The notes under the pieces were generated by a model. That model ran no database searches and was not told the DNA's origin. It saw only the letters and a list, made by a program, of their open reading frames with translations. This document shows positions 62,943-64,000 of a DNA stretch of 64,000 bases, piece by piece (position 1 is the stretch's first letter; each line of letters opens with the position of its first letter). This stretch comes from Takakia lepidozioides (taxonomy: Eukaryota; Plantae; Bryophyta), in NCBI GenBank assembly GCA_030704615.1, contig CM060731.1, forward strand, positions 92,690,001 to 92,754,000, read 5' to 3'. A program made the translations under genes and the position numbers.

Positions 62943-63830
62943 GGCGACAGATCAAAGAGCACAATTTGTGCACTTGGTTTGCAAGGTCAACATGATTGAC
63001 CTTACACCTGTCACTGAATGGAAGAATGTATTGAGGAAAGAGCAATACGACGAATGCATCAAGAAAGAAGGAAAGACTTGGTATAACCTTACAATCCATG
63101 CAATGACAAAGATTTTGTACAAGGTAATGCCCTGTCTTAACCAAGTTTCATTCTTTGCATACATAAACAAGATTCACATTTAATGATGATAGGAACAATT
63201 TTGGTTCTTTTTGCAGCATGATATTGTTGAGGCCCAACGCATGGCGGGGGGAAGTTACAAACTTGCTGAGGGGCCAAAGAGTCAAGAGGGCCTTGAAGAC
63301 AGGCTGGATTGAAAGCAAGTGAGCAACACAAGAGTCAGCTTGTGAAGTTGCTTCCTGTTGCTGATCCAACCCTTAGAGAGGGGTTTATCCAAGAGCTTAA
63401 ACTTCATTGGTCACGTGCAAAGGCAGAATCAGAGGAGATGACCCAAGAGAAGATGGTGAGTATTGCTACAGCCAAGGTGGATTTAGAAGAAAAGGTGGAA
63501 TGACTACATATATGGAATGGAGATCAAACACTTCACGACCGTGATTTTTTTCCACCCGGGCCTATTAGTGGGCCAACACTTGATCCTTGGTTGAATAGAA
63601 GGACTTTTTGGTGGCAGGTACATATAAAATTACTATCTTCTCAATGCAATTGTTTCACATTTGTTGATGACACATTATCTTTTAACACACTAATATAACT
63701 GACCGCATTTTGTGACAACTTCATAAGGTTGGAAAATGACTCATTTCAATGAGTTGTTTCATAGAGAATTCTCTTTGCCAAAGGGGTCATTCAGAGGCAA
63801 TGATTGGGAACAGCAAACTGGGGGGGGGGG
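62943..63830 (+). pseudogene. Diverged paralog fragment of the middle exons of the ParB-methyltransferase gene
   Basis: TWYNLT aligns with TWYLLN. VKLLPVADPTL..GFIQELK...MTQEKM..IATA.V..EEKVE*LHIWNGD aligns with VKQLRIADPSF..QFLLEIK...MAQEKL..LSTA.V..EQKVKWLQIWNSD. LDPWLNRRTFWWQ|gt aligns with LDTWLHKATYWSQ|gt. Intron positions match. Confidence 0.85.
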
Positions 63831-64000
63831 GGGGGAAGATGATGAGACGGATTCTGTTCACGTACAACCTTTCCATTGAATTGTACATGGACTACTTTGT
63901 ACACACCTTGTAAGTTGTAAATGTCTCTGACTCATGTATTTTTGTAGTAGATTGGGATACAAATCTCTTAATGTGCTTGTTCAATTGTTGAACATTTTGC

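Overview
Eukaryotic nuclear DNA from a land plant, probably bryophyte-grade (spliceosomal GT-AG and GC-AG introns, PLS-type PPR fragment, bryophyte-like TEs). Positions 1-37 kb and 51-57 kb are nested, decayed transposon terrain. Host genes: serine palmitoyltransferase LCB2 (- strand) head-to-head with a P4H1-type prolyl 4-hydroxylase (+ strand), and a frameshifted long-chain alcohol oxidase (+ strand). The main observation is a 13.9-kb Mutator-like element (10897-24758). It has a perfect 9-bp TSD (ATATGCGGG), only degenerate TIRs, and splits a LINE endonuclease domain. It carries a divergent gene pair: a GCM/WRKY-like + DDE + SWIM transposase, and a spliced gene fusing a ParB/Srx-type domain (DGNHR) to a beta-class amino-DNA methyltransferase fold. 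The 5' intronic region of that gene holds 19 full copies (plus one half copy) of a 36-bp palindrome at a near-constant 116-bp period. Diverged relatives of both genes, and a second copy of the element end, lie elsewhere in the window, so this is a family. Also seen: a Gypsy relic with a C5-methyltransferase N-terminus, a Harbinger element with TIRs/TSD and unidentified cargo, a hAT MITE, an inverted integrase core, Pack-MULE-like gene fragments, LINE 3' ends stacked in (TC)n, and an isolated LSU rDNA fragment. Exon boundaries and domain calls were read by eye; no searches were run.
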